64,000 bases of DNA from Octopus vulgaris (lineage: Eukaryota), in assembly GCA_951406725.2 (NCBI GenBank), contig OX597824.1:744001-808000 (forward strand). Reading direction: 5' to 3'. The position numbers and the translations under genes are program-made. The notes under the pieces are model-generated. The model had not been told where the DNA came from. It made no database searches and was given only the letters and a program-made list of their open reading frames with translations. Shown piece by piece: positions 38,942 to 52,600 of this stretch. Each line of letters opens with the position of its first letter. Position 1 is the stretch's first letter.

Positions 38942-40800
38942 TCTCCGGTGATTATTTCTGTTTGTGTCGTCGTTGGCCTCACCACATACGAGTGAGGCAG
39001 CTGCAGTGAATGTTGCGGATGTGATAGTGCTCTCTCAGTCTTCTTCTGTTGTTATTACTGGTGTTTGTGTGGTCGTCCCCTATAGCCTATTGAAAGTCAT
39101 CCTCATTGTTTAGCATGCAGTAGCAGTGGTTATTGTTGATGTTGCTATCCCTCATCGCCATAGTGACTGTGGTGTAATTTTCAAGTCTTTGAGGAAGGAA
39201 AATCCTTGACTATGGACAGACGGCAGGGAAAGCCCTTAGAAGTAGGTCTCCCCTTCATCTCCAAATCCCCCACCACTTCTCATTCCACTTTCTGGCTGTA
39301 GAATATACTACCATTTTCAAATCAATATTTTTCGAAAAAACAAAGTTTTCAGTTCTTGAAATTTCTTAGTTCAACAGGAGCAAGAAACAAAGGAACCAAA
39401 TGGCCGACGGAGTTCTGGTTAACTTAACAAAAGAACCGGATAATAGCAAAAAATATCTCAAGGTATATAAAAAAAAAAGATCTTGCGTATAACACTCGAG
39501 TACGTGTTCATTAGTTCAATGAACTACATTGACAATGACAAGAATAATATTATTATTAATAATAATAATACTGATAATTATAAATATTAGGGAAGTAAAA
39601 TAAATCTAGAGTTCAAGAACTGAAGATATATACTTTGTAATTCTTATCTTTGTAAGTTCTGTAACATTCAGCTATGAATAATGGATTCCTACCGTTACCT
39701 TCATATAATGAAAAGAGCATACAAATGACATACATACATACATACATACATACATACATACATACATACATACAGAGACACACAGACACATACACATACA
39801 TAGACACACAAACACACACATCATACATAGGCACAAAGACAAACACATGTATACCTGTATGTATGTACGCATGTATACATGTATATATATATAGATTCAG
39901 TAGCGTATATATAATTGTGTGTGTGTGTGTAACAATCACAGTAGTAAGTTAATAGCGGGAAAATACAAAAATAAATGAGTAAAATTGTGGAGTTATAAAT
40001 TCTATGCATGTTATGATGAAAAAAAGAGAAAACGTTGTTTTACGTGAATTTATTAAAAGTCGAAAGAAAACTATATAAAAAAGCGTCCTAATGAAGTTAT
40101 TAAAGAAAGAAAAAACTAGAAAATATGACGGAGGAAAATTTCTGTTATTGATAAAAAAGAGTAAGACGCATTTTAATAAAACCATTGGATGCAAAGCTAA
40201 CAAGTGAAGATTTTGTTTACAAGAATATTAATCTTTTGTGAAGAATTGTAAAGAAAATTTGGTTTTTAGATGAGTAGAAGCAAGGGAGTTAACCATTGTA
40301 GGTGAGAGTTAAGAAATAATATTGAAGATATAAAAATACAAATCTAGTTTAAACGCGGGTGAGCAGATGAAGCCTAATTAATAGGAAGATGGAGTCGAAC
40401 TGTAGACATAACTTGTATAACTGGAAGGAATAGAGAGTGTTTGTTTGTGAATGAACTTAAAAATCACAAATTATAATCATAGTTAAAACAAACATAGAAA
40501 GCAGTAATTGAATACGATAGAACAGGATGAATTCTTTGACCCCGGAAGAAGAAATAAAAGACAGAATTTGTTTCTAAGGAGATTTTTAAGAAATCCATTT
40601 TAAGTAGGTGTTAACTTCAATTGCTGTGTAAAATAAATCGCTTCGTAATCACAGGGTGTCGGGTTCAGTTCCACTGCAGTATCTTTGGGCACGTGCTTTG
40701 TTATAGCCTTGGGCAGAAGAATAACTTGTACTTGTGAGTGAATTTGGTGCACAGGAATTGTGAAGAAGCCCGTCGCACATACATACATGCATGCATACAC

Positions 40801-40831
<31 letters not shown>

Positions 40832-40834
40832 CAT

Positions 40835-41162
40835 ACATGATGGCTGCCCCCTCGTTATTGAGTATGGCCATTGCACGAAGCTTAACTGTTACTGGTGCTG
40901 TGATCGAATGTGACTTTTTAGCCCAGCTAAAGATCTACAATGTCTACAGAATTGGCAACGAAAACCTTTACTGGTAATAGCCGGCTGTAGTTGTAACTGG
41001 GCTTCATGTACCTTTGCATGTCGTTTAAGTCCTCCTGCCGAATTACACTCTCTTCCACATGCTCGACAGATATGATTAGTATGGTGTGTTACACCACCAT
41101 CAGTGGCAAGGTTGTCACTCATCGGTCTCGCTTTATGACTACGAAGATGACTCTTGAGTCCA
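40835..41162 (-). mobile_element. 3' end of an RTE-clade LINE with C-terminal C2H2 zinc fingers and (TATG)n tail
   Basis: GLKSHLRSH..HICRACGRECNSAGGLKRHAKVH..FRCQFCRHCRSLAGLKSHIRSQH*, then a short 3' UTR and a microsatellite tail. 5' truncated in (TATG)n. Confidence 0.75.
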
Positions 41163-41173
41163 GCATACATACA

Positions 41174-41209
<36 letters not shown>

Positions 41210-41214
41210 GGCAT

Positions 41215-41550
41215 GTCCCACTAACTATTATTAACTATTCTAATTGAATAACTAAATTTTTCTGTCGGTAGAAAGGTTTTCACCGGGATAACATGTAACA
41301 TCGATTGGTATATCCTTATTTTCTCTTTCTTTTTCTTTATTTTTCCGCTCTGATGAAGTTCCCACTATTTTAAGTTGGTATAATTATGGACAGTGATAAT
41401 TCTTATAATTGTTATAATTAAGCCTAGTTCTGCCCAAAATAGCGCGAACAGAAACAGTTGTTAAATGAGATAATGTCCTTTTTTGTAATCAATAAATAAT
41501 AATTGAAGTTTATCAATTATCGATTTTATCTCCATTTTCTTATTTTCCTT
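41215..41550 (+). mobile_element. (TA)n-flanked pLTR-like segment with hammerhead-like motif (long loop II)
   Basis: CTGATGA AGTTC (41350-41361) ... GAACA GAAAC AGTT GTTA (41446-41463). Confidence 0.45.
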
Positions 41551-42186
41551 ATATATATGTATATATACGCACGCACACACACACATACACACGTGTATGT
41601 AATCACATTCAAACTACTTAGAGGATTGAAACATAATTCTGTTATTCTAGCATTAGTAAAATCTATTTGAGGAGAGTTAGACGTAGACCGGGTTATCGCG
41701 AAGACTCAATCTTCTCAATGCTCTTTTATAGAATGGGCTACCTGTATGGAATATGTTACGGCTGATGGTATATATATATATAATGTAATTTGTTTATAAG
41801 TCTTTTTTCTTATACAACAGGTAGTCTTAATGAGATAGAAGAGGTACTGAGTGAACATAAATATTTATTTCTCATTTCTCTTTCTGCCTCTGTCTCTTTC
41901 GCACACACACACACACACATATATTTACTTGATCCCCATATGTATATATATATATATATATATATGTTTACAGACGAATCATATATGTATATAATATGAA
42001 GGATAAAATTTGATTTGTAAGTCATTGTTCAGTTTTATTTCAAGATTTCTTGTCAATAGAGAAAGAGCTGGTTTCTAACCTACATCGAAGGCGCCTTCAT
42101 TGGAATTTCAACATCAGTATTTTTGTATGTATGTATGTATGTATGTATGTATGTATGTATGTATGTATGTATGTATGTATGCATGC

Positions 42187-42286
<100 letters not shown>

Positions 42287-43140
42287 ATCTATCTCTGTGT
42301 GTTTGTTTCTTTGGATCTGACTGTCTATATATGTATAATATATACATGTGAAGAATACAATCTGATAATCTCTATTTCTCACTGTGTGTGTGTGCGTGTG
42401 CGCGCGCGTATGAGTTGTATGAGTGATTATCCCTGTGTTTCCTTTCGGAACACGCAAACAGGCGCACATATATAAACAGTAGGCACATAGATATAATATT
42501 TATATGCAATAGAAACTCACACACTTCACACACACTCACACACACTCACACACACACACACATACACTTACACACACATCGTGCATTGTATCGTGTTGAA
42601 TACGTCTAGTTTTACCATTCAATTAATAATGCCTAATAAACATGCACCAGAAAAGATTAGCAGCGGAAACACAAACAATAGCAATTACACAGTCAAATAA
42701 AAACAAAGCTAAAAGTTTGGTCTCAAACAAGAACACAATCTACAACAACAATGACAACAACAACAAGAAGAAGAGCGACTGCAACGCTAACTTCTGTTTT
42801 AAATACTCCAGATTCTTTAGAATAAGCAACGTCCGTATTAATCCACAATTATCCGTACTACTTCTTTATATTACCATAACATAACGCTGAGCACGATCCG
42901 ACATGACTCGTTAGGATCAAATTGGCATTAAATAACGGCTCTCGGCAAATACTTTGCGATTCAATGTCCACACGGTTCTTTATGACAAAAGGATACAAGT
43001 GACGGGGACAAGATGGAGACCTCCTCCGCCTCATCCAGCCCTAAAAACAAACAAAAAATTCTAACACCACCAGCACTACTACAACTACTACTACTACTAC
43101 TACCACCGACACCACCACCACCACCACCACCACCACCACC

Positions 43141-43207
<67 letters not shown>

Positions 43208-43237
43208 TTGCTTTCTTCATGTCTGAATTTTCATTTG

Positions 43238-43294
<57 letters not shown>

Positions 43295-43585
43295 TTATTT
43301 ATTTGTATAGATATTTTCCTTCTGTTCACTTGTTTATTTTTCTAATTTGTAATACTGATACACTTGTTTCGGTTTCGGTCATCATCATCATCATCATCAT
43401 CATCGTCGTCGTCTTCTTCTTTATAAAAGCAGTCTTTTTACAGAAGCGATAAGAATGCTATAAAAACATTCTTGCGGTATCCAACACGTTCTTCCTCGTA
43501 GACTGAAATCCCACCGTGGGCCTGCTTCTTCTTTCGTTTACCCACCCTGGGCGTCGTCAATATCCTAGTAAAATCATTACGATAC

Positions 43586-43625
<40 letters not shown>

Positions 43626-43672
43626 AAAAAAGAGAGAGAGAGAAAGAAAGAAAGAGAGAGAGAGAGATAGAG

Positions 43673-43726
<54 letters not shown>

Positions 43727-43904
43727 GATGAGTAAAGAGTTTACTTCCCAACCTCATGGTTCTGGGTTCAGTTCCACCATGCGGCATCCTGAGCACGTGT
43801 CTTATACATCAAAGTCTTGTGAGTGGATTTGGTACACGGAAACATACATTCATACATACATACATACATACATACATACATACATACATACATACATACA
43901 TACA

Positions 43905-44275
43905 GTCACTCTATCCAGATTACAAGTTCAAGTTTATACCTGTAATTATTGGTGCCCTGGAATATGTAACACATTGCCTTAATACCAATCTTGAGAAATT
44001 AGAAAGAAGAAAGCTAATTCGAAGACTACAGATCCGATCCATCACTGGAACGGTAAAAATCTGTAAAACCTTCCATAAGTTTATCATTTAAATATATATG
44101 AGTATGTCTAGATATACAACTGTATGCACGAGAATACATTCACAACACATACATACATACATACAAACAAACAAATACCTTGTTGTTGATGTTGAAATTC
44201 CAGTGAAGGAGCCTTTGATCTAGGTTAGAGAGCGTCTCTTTTTCTATTGACAAGAAATCTCGAAGTAAAACTGAA
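43905..44275 (+). mobile_element. 3' end of an RLE-type LINE inserted in (CATA)n
   Basis: LYPDYKFKFIPVIIGALEYV...LQIRSITGTVKICKTF*. The 3' UTR also occurs inverted at about 42030-42118. Confidence 0.8.
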
Positions 44276-44344
44276 CACACATACGGTTATGCAAACATAC
44301 ATAGATACATACATAAATGTATATCAATAAAAAAAGGCCGTAAG

Positions 44345-45970
44345 ATCCTTCCCGAGCCATAGACTGATGAAGTCGGTTTCCCAGATTCTGTGGTGTTTAT
44401 AGTCCACTCGTGGACGGGACTCTGGTCAGTCACATGATTATTCACTTCTCAGGGTGAGTGGACTGGAATAATGGGAAAGGAAGAGTTTTGGCTCCCGGAC
44501 ACAACGCATCGCCCGGTCCAGGAATCGAAATCACAACCTGAGGATCATGAATGCAACATCCTGACCACCAAGCCACGCGCCTATGCACGCACACACGCGC
44601 GCACATACACAGCTATGCACGCGCACATATGTGTGTCTGTACATACGAGTGTGTGTTTTTGTGTTTGTATACCATCGCCGCTTGTCAACCGGTTTTGGTT
44701 TGTTTGCGTCATGTTCGGTGTAAGAGATCGATAGAATAAGAGCTAGACTTTAAAAACTATTAGTTTTGGAGTCGATTCATTCGACTAAAACCCTTCAAGG
44801 CGTTGCCCCAGCATGACCTCAGTACAATGACTAAAGGAAGTAAAATGTAAACATCATTATTGTAGTTTAGCACCAGTTTAGTCCTGTCCAGTAAAGACAT
44901 GCCAACCACGACTGTCCCGTCTTGATTATCTCTAGTAGGCCAAATAATCCTTTAGATGTTTCTTCTTTCTCTTGTAGATGTTTAGCTCTTTCTTTAAGGG
45001 GTCAGTCCCAATTTCTGCATCTCCTTTCCTTTGGTCGATCAAATAAAGCACCAGTGAAGTGGTTCGCTGATTTCATTGACTGAATCTCTATCGATTAAAT
45101 CCCTTTTTTCCAAACGCAATACCTTGTTTTTATCTAACTTTTTTATGACTGCATTGGCAGGGTCGTTACAGCATCGAATAAAATGCTTTGCAATATTTAT
45201 TCCATCTCTACGTTCTGAATTCAATTTTCTCACAGGTCGACTTTGCCTTTCATCCTTTCATGGTCGATGAAATAAATACCAGTTTGAACTCTGAGGTCGG
45301 TTTATTGGACGAGTCCCTTTCCGACAAAATTTCAGGACCCTTGTGCTTATAGTAGAAAGGATTATTTGTTCTGGCTCTATGGCGTTGCGCTGTTAGAATC
45401 GCAGCCTTACCCATTGTTTAACTCCAGGGTATACCAGTTGGTTCTTTACAGATGAGTTCAAATCCTGCTGAGGTTGACTTTGCAAATTCATCCTTCTATA
45501 TGGGGGTTAGGTTAGGGGCCAATAAAATAAACTACCAGTCAAATACTTGGCTTCATATAATTTGCAAATTTTGGACTTTCTGCCTATGTTAGAATTCTTT
45601 TGAGGCGGTGGAGTAAGAGAATCTGTAGAGAGTTGGGAAAAAAATTCTTATATTTGTTCCGATTTTTGAGTTCAAACTCTGTCTAGGAATTTCAATTTCC
45701 CAGTTGCCACAATCTGTTTATGTTTAATTTCCAGATCCCAATATAAGGAAACTTCAAAGTTGGCCAGCTAGCAGAATGGTTAACATGCCGGACACAATGC
45801 TTAGTGGAATTTCGTCTGTCGTTATGTTCAGAGTTCAAATTCTACTGAGTTTTGCCTTTCATCGTTTCGGGTTTTGATAAAATAAGTACCAGTTGAACAT
45901 TGGGGTCGATGTCACCGGCTTATTTGTTTCCCTCAGAATTTCTGTCCTTTTGCCAAATTTAGAAAGAATA
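44345..45970. mobile_element. SINE cluster (family C minus 44345-44582, family B 3' part 44670-44845, several family A plus copies 45150-45970)
   Basis: Family cores are recognisable. Confidence 0.7.
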
Positions 45971-45974
45971 TCAA

Positions 45975-47310
45975 GATGATTCCTCTATTTTTTGTTTGTA
46001 AATAAGGGGAACTTATCTCCATATCATCTTTTGTCTGAGTTCATACACAGATCAGAGAACATTACATTTTCTGATGCTTTTCGATGGCAACATTCTGTCA
46101 ATTTCGTGCCAGAGTATTCTTTCCGTGGTCATTCACAGAATCCAAATCTATATTTGGACTCTTCACTTCTTATCAATGTTTCATGATACTGGTATAATTT
46201 CAGGAGTATCAAAGTACAAACTCTGTCATGTTTGTAGATGTGTACCCTTTTGATTAAAAGTGGGCATGCATGCATGCATGCATCCATGCATCCATCCATC
46301 CATCAATCCATCCATCCATCCATCCATCCATCCATCCATCCATCCATCCAGCCAGCCATCCAGCCAGCCAGTCAGCCAGAAACATCCTGATTGCTTGATT
46401 TTTCCCGTTATATATTCTACAGTGTCGTTTTGCATTTTCTTTCCTTGTATATTTTTGGTAGTTTCTGGTTTGAATCCTGTACCTTAATCCTGTACCTTAA
46501 TCCTCTATGTTAATTCCATATCAAAATGAAACATCATTTGGTCTCAGCTTTCAGTATTGTGCATCTCAGAAAACGTTGCTATTTCTCTTGATCTACATCG
46601 TTCATTCGACTCAAGTCTTCGCTTCTTACAACCTTTTCTAATCATTGTCTCAGTATGACATTCTGTAATCATATTTCAGTTCCACTTACCTCAAAAACCA
46701 TTTCTATTAAACTTTCTCTATTTTCCTCTCAACTCTGTAATACCTCAGCTTCTCGTTTCAAGAGGGGAAACTATTTTCCGTTCTGTCCATGTCTCGCGGT
46801 TATTTGTACTACTTTTCAACATTTTGTATTAGTTCCATTTTAATCTTTATATAAATACTTTGTAATCCTTCACGAGATATATTCTAACTTCTTAATTGCA
46901 CAGAACCTTTCCAAATCCCGACCCGTCTCCGTTTTCGTTTTTGTGTCGATGGTGTATCCTGAAGACGTAATTTTCTTGTTTCTTCGATTTCTTCAGCTAA
47001 TTTACTTGGCACGGAGTCAAGAATATTATCACTCTAACTGTTATGTAACAGCTTTGACGCCTATTGGCTTACATTTTGCTTAATATAATCTATCCATTAA
47101 TCCAAATCATCTGTAATATTCCTTCCTAATTTTTTAGTTTTTCATTAGTGTCCGTCGTACTTTGTCTCGTTAAGTAATTCTGAAGCATTTCTAAGTTTGT
47201 GTCTGATGTAATGTTTTTATGTCTTATTAATTCAAGTAGCATGATATTCGCGGTGGCTAATTTTCTTAATCAGTTTCCTCCCTCTGCATTAGGATTATTG
47301 CTTCTGTATT
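45975..47310 (-). pseudogene. Highly degenerate non-LTR retrotransposon ORF relic
   Basis: Purine-rich minus strand with short peptide resemblances to the pre-RT region of RLE LINEs, interrupted by (CCAT)n. No intact motif. Confidence 0.3.
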
Positions 47311-47363
47311 TTATGGTTTAAGAGAAACATAAATAAATATTTCCTTTTTCGAAAAAACACACC

Positions 47364-47467
<104 letters not shown>

Positions 47468-47745
47468 TCGAAACAGATAAAGAGTATTTTCGACTCTATC
47501 ATGTTCAATACGACGGTTCTGGTTACGCAACATTCAGCCGAGTCAGAGCAGTGGCTGAATAAAAGAATAAAATGATCAAAAGAATGGTAAGGCTGATCTT
47601 GGTGCTTTTTGATTCCCCTAAGATGGAAGTTCTCTCCTCCTCCTCTTCTTCATCTTCCTCCTCCTCTTTCTCCTCCTCCTTCTCCTCCTCCCCACACTTC
47701 TACTTTTCTCCTTACCTGATTTGACGTAAGCCAATGCGTCAAATA

Positions 47746-47960
47746 TTCTTTTCTACTCTATGCCCAAGGCTCGAAATTTTTAGTGAGGGGACCAATCGAT
47801 TAGATCGTCCTCAGTACACAACTGGTACTTAATTTATCGATCCCCAAGGGTGAAAGGCAAAGTCGACCTCGGCGGAATTTGAGCTCAGAACGTAAAGACG
47901 AGCGAAATACCGCTAAGCATTTCGCCCAGCGTGCTAACGTTTCTGCCATCTCGCCACCTG
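47746..47960 (-). mobile_element. SINE family A, full length
   Basis: Close to the family consensus from tail to head. Confidence 0.85.
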
Positions 47961-48244
47961 CCATAAACCTCAATATTGTAGCCTGTCTTCTTTCCTTTTC
48001 ATCTATCTGATGCCCTTATGGCAGATAAAAGAAATCTTAATTATTATTTGTTGGAACTATTACCAAAGTTATTGTAAAAGAGCGCTATCGCCGCTCTAGT
48101 CAGCATCAATTGTCTGTATTTCGTATTATTTCTAATTCAATATTTATAAAACAGAAAACAGAGAAATAAAACAACATAAAATAAAATACTAGTAAATATT
48201 AACATAAAAAATCTGCAAGTTTTCTAAATAGTATTTCATTATAG

Positions 48245-48284
<40 letters not shown>

Positions 48285-48350
48285 ACACATTTAAATTTAA
48301 ACAAATATGTGTTTATACGCATATATACATCCTCTCTCTCTGTATATATA

Positions 48351-48405
<55 letters not shown>

Positions 48406-48489
48406 TCATATACAAACAAGCGGATATATATGCCTGCATGTATGTATGTATGTATTTGTGTATGCAGAAATGTATAATGCCGTACTGTA

Positions 48490-48527
<38 letters not shown>

Positions 48528-48890
48528 TGTATGTGTGTGTGTGTACTTTTAAGTACGTGTGTATACTTGTGTACGCGTAAAATGTATCAATGCGTATTGT
48601 ATCTGTTGTATATGGATGTATGTGTGTGTGTATGCCGTATGTATGTGCGTTTGTTTGTTTGTGTGTGTGCGTGTACCTACACACAAGTCCTAATATTCCA
48701 ATATTATTCGTTGCCTTCGGGGTGTATTAATAGTGCATTGTCCATCGATAGACATATATTCACAGAAACATACACACACACACACACACGTACGCACACG
48801 TATACGCACAGCATTCACGCAGATATATGTAAATACATACATTGTTATCATTCATAAAAGAATTCTTCATCATCATCACAGTTGTTGAGC

Positions 48891-48930
<40 letters not shown>

Positions 48931-48946
48931 GTCGTTGATGTTGTTG

Positions 48947-49011
<65 letters not shown>

Positions 49012-49019
49012 ATTGATGT

Positions 49020-49572
49020 TGAGTGAGAGAGCAGTACATGCCATCAAAGTGACATTGGGGTAAAATATACGAAGCCCTGTACACCAATCATGACCACCCG
49101 TCTGATAAGGGTACACTAGGCACATGCATCACAACCATATGTGCACGACATCTCATATCAAGGTAAACAGCACATGGCCTTACAGGTGTGGCCCTGTTAG
49201 AATTTTCTTCTGGTCGAGTAACCCATCCCACTCAAAAGGTCCCTGAATATGGTTTGTTTAAGGATGTTGAACAAAACACCCATGTTTCCAGAGGTGAATT
49301 ATTCAAGCCCCAAAGAATCCCTCCCAACACATGGCTATGATGTTCCCCCACTACTTCTGCTCGTGATCAGGGATGCACATAGCATCAGCCACTAAGGGAC
49401 ATGCTCAACTGGTTAAGGTCAAACAACTGACAAGCAAATCTGTGGTATTGAGCAGAATATTTGCTGTAGCCCATCTTTTATACCAAGACAAAACTATGTA
49501 CATGATACTACTTCCTATCAGTTAAGATCAAGAGCAATGAGAACCAGTGCTTGGTACTGCATTAGGGCATTC
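49020..49572 (-). repeat. Repeat family D, copy 2 (longest)
   Basis: Matches 10754-11200 and 60378-60772. Lies between (TTA)n and (ACT)n. Confidence 0.85.
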
Positions 49573-49573
49573 G

Positions 49574-49641
<68 letters not shown>

Positions 49642-49659
49642 GTTATTTTGTTTGTTCTT

Positions 49660-49878
49660 AAGGTGGTGATCTGGCAGAATTTGTTAGCACGCCGGGCGAA
49701 ATGCTTAACGGCATTTCGTCTGTCTTTACATTCTGAGCTCAAATTCCGCCGGGGTCGACTTTGCCTTTTATCCTTTCGGGGTCGATTAAATCAGTACCAG
49801 TTTCGCACTGGGGTCGATGAAATCGAGTAGACCCCTACCCCAAATTTCAGGCCTTGTGCCTAAAATAGAAAGGATTAT
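49660..49878 (+). mobile_element. SINE family A with probable TSD
   Basis: Full head and core, flanked by TTATTTTGTTTGT / TTATCTTGTTTGT. Confidence 0.85.
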
Positions 49879-50053
49879 CTTGTTTGTCCATTTCTCGACG
49901 CATATTGTACAACGTTCCCGTATGTTTGTTATTTCGATTGCTGCACAAAGTTATACACCGAACGTTTGTTACCGCTTCATAGATAAGCTAACCAGGACCT
50001 TAGGAATCTGGTTAGGCCCCTTCATCTGTAACCCTTAGGGCTTAAATTGCAGT

Positions 50054-50770
50054 TTGCTTACCAAACACGCCACTCAACGTTTGTTTAAAAAAGAGAGATG
50101 GCTGACTCAGAAGAGCCAACTATCCGCAGGACAGAACAGGGAAATTGCAGAAAACAGTGCCAGCAGCAGCAGCAGCAGAAGCAGCAGCAGCGGCGGCAGC
50201 AGCAGCAGCAGTAGCAGCAGCAGCAGCAGCGGCAGCAGCAGCAGCAGCATCAGCAGCAGTAGCAGCAGCAGCAGCATCGGCAGCAGCATCAGCAGCGGCA
50301 TCAGCAGCAGCAGAAGCAGCAGCAGCGGCGGCGGCGGCATCACACCACCTTCAGCGTAAACATTAATACAACGGAAACATCAAAAGAATATTGGTGGGAC
50401 TTACAAATGAAAACAGCCAAATATCGTTGAATGGGATTACAAAGAAAAGATATGTTCTGTTCTGGGAATCTGCTGCCCTCTGGACACTGAAAAGTGGTGA
50501 GTAAAATACAAGAGAAATGCGATAAGGAGTTCGCAAATAATAAGGAGTTCGCAAATAATAAGGAGTTCGCAAATCTAGTACCCAAGGTAGACTTTCAGTT
50601 TCATATCTACTATTGGAGCAACGAGGTACATACCGATCCTTCATCTGGAGCCAAGAATGGCTGAACTTGGGATCTTAGGGAGAGAAACAAAAGCCTTAAT
50701 TCATACTCTACAAATAATCTCAATATCTGGGACTATAAAAATCTGTGAGACTTTCTTAAGATTTAAAGGA
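50054..50770 (+). mobile_element. Degenerate RLE-LINE 3' fragment interrupted by a (CAG)n tract
   Basis: YWWDLQMKTA, WDYKEKICSVLGICCPLD and LIHTLQIISISGTIKICETFLRF parallel the 43905 fragment. (CAG/CGG)n at 50158-50340. Confidence 0.65.
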
Positions 50771-50914
50771 TGGTGGTTAAAAGAAGATGCTTTCTTTCAC
50801 AACTTTGCTACCAGGTAGGTGGTACCGGTCAAAATTGACTCTAAATTAAAATAAGAAACAGAACACGCGCGCACACACACGCACACACACACACACACTC
50901 TCACACACACAGAG

Positions 50915-51510
50915 GCAATCATTCTACGGATCACAGTCTCCATCATGAGAGTTCTCAGAGATGGCAGAGGCTTGGAGGAATCCTGACCTGATCGAAATGT
51001 TTCTTCTGCCTGTAAAATGCAACGGAGAGAAAGACGGATGGTTGTAATCCTTTCTCGACCCCGCATATCTCTGCTCTCGGAAGCTGATGCTACGCTTGCA
51101 GTGGAGTTAGCTGTTACTCTGTTGATATGCATCTAGACAGGCATTTGTGAGTTTCACTCCATGTCGTAGACCACAGACGATTCCTTTCTTCACACTGTAT
51201 GTGTGATGGATATCAAAGTCCAACAATAGTCTGGTGAATAAAGACTTGCGATATATGAATGTCATGAATCCATACAATGGACAGATTGTTAACACCTCCA
51301 CGAAAGCCAGTTTATTGCACGGTTCATTTTCTACCGTGAATTGTATTGACGGTCATATTGACTGTTCTTGACTCAGCAGTTCTTACACTTTTTTGTGAGG
51401 CCTGAGTATGGAAGGGAAATTAGCGTATCCCAGCCACATGGCTAGCTTAAATGGTACTGTTCCTAAAGTCATTTCGTCAAAGTGTTCCACTTAGATATCT
51501 ACCACCTTAA
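50915..51510 (-). pseudogene. Penelope-like (Poseidon-type) RT C-terminal fragment
   Basis: IQFTVENEPCNKLAFVEVLT..FMTFIYRKSLFTRLLLDFDIHHTYSVKKGIV matches IQFTxExE..LPFLDV..T.VYRK.T.T..YL.F.S.HP...KKG. Confidence 0.8.
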
Positions 51511-51899
51511 GAGATAATCGTGAACCCAAACTCACATCTAAACTGTCTTATAGTTGATATAGTTCATACTCTAATTTGTAGCGTGGAACTTGTACACAGA
51601 ATGACTAGTTCTCCGTCAGGTTATATACTGAGATTTATAAGACACTACAGATTAAAGGATTCAATTTCAGTTCAGCTGCAGCAACCGACAGGATCTCATC
51701 TGTGCGAACGAATGGAAGCATCTTTAATTATGTTCACTAATTGGTCAGAATTCTTTACATACAACTAACACTTACTCGTTGAAGGATTATCGTCCAGAAA
51801 TATGCCCAGCAGATGAAACGTTGCATTAGGGAATTTAATTTATGCTATTAAATATGGCAGATGTAAGAGGATCATCGAAAATAAAAAAACATTAATTCT

Positions 51900-52600
51900 G
51901 AGAAGAGTGATTGTACATCTTCAACAAATACGAAATACCTGTACCCGACATGTATATGTTGGAGAATATTACCAATTATTATGTTTTTTCATTGAATAAA
52001 TAGATTCTCCAAATTCTCAATTGTATCAATGTGCTGACAATATCGTTCTTCAAAGACGGAAGACTAAAGAAAGAGTATTTGATCATGCAATCTGCCTCTA
52101 AATTCAAGTACAACATCAATCGACACTAACATAATTCCTTTTTTTCAATAAGCAAAATATATAATTTACTTTGCTTGCCTTAATGAAAAAAACAATTCTG
52201 CTGTATTTTATGCCAGTACGTTTGATAGAACTGGGACATGCTACATCACAGTGCTATGCATCTTAAAGATTCTAAATAATAAATGGAAAACATTAGATAC
52301 AGAATTATATAGAGACGGTGGATTAATCCTCCCATACACACTGTAACAGAAGAAATTATCTAAATTCAAGAAGATATAACTGCTAACACAAAATATCCGC
52401 AAATGAAATCATTGTCAACTTTGATTTAGAAGTACAATATCCTTGAATGAAACCATTGCATCATTGCTAATTTTGTCAGATGTAACATTAAATTTGCTGA
52501 CGAGTAGCTTACAACAATCGAATGAGAAGCTCATGTTCCGAAATAAAAGATTACCGCTCGAATAGTTTTCAAAAGTTTAATAACAGTAGGGAAATAATAT
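51900..52600 (+). pseudogene. Very degenerate Penelope-like (Naiad/Nematis-type) RT relic
   Basis: STFDRTGTC (cf. GSFDGAE.C), ELYRDGGL (cf. LYRDDGL) and ISANEIIVNF occur in collinear order. Confidence 0.5.

Noticed and set aside
39600-39720. Another hammerhead-like motif on the minus strand (ATGAAGG TAAC...GTTA)
   Set aside because: No GAAA, stem I or stem III could be assigned.
40889-41221. Host C2H2 transcription factor gene
   Set aside because: No TGEKP linkers, the start lies in a microsatellite, and it is followed by a LINE-type short 3' UTR and repeat tail.
50054-50366. Poly-Ser/Ala/Gln host exon
   Set aside because: It is a triplet repeat embedded in a LINE relic, with no domain or clear splice context.
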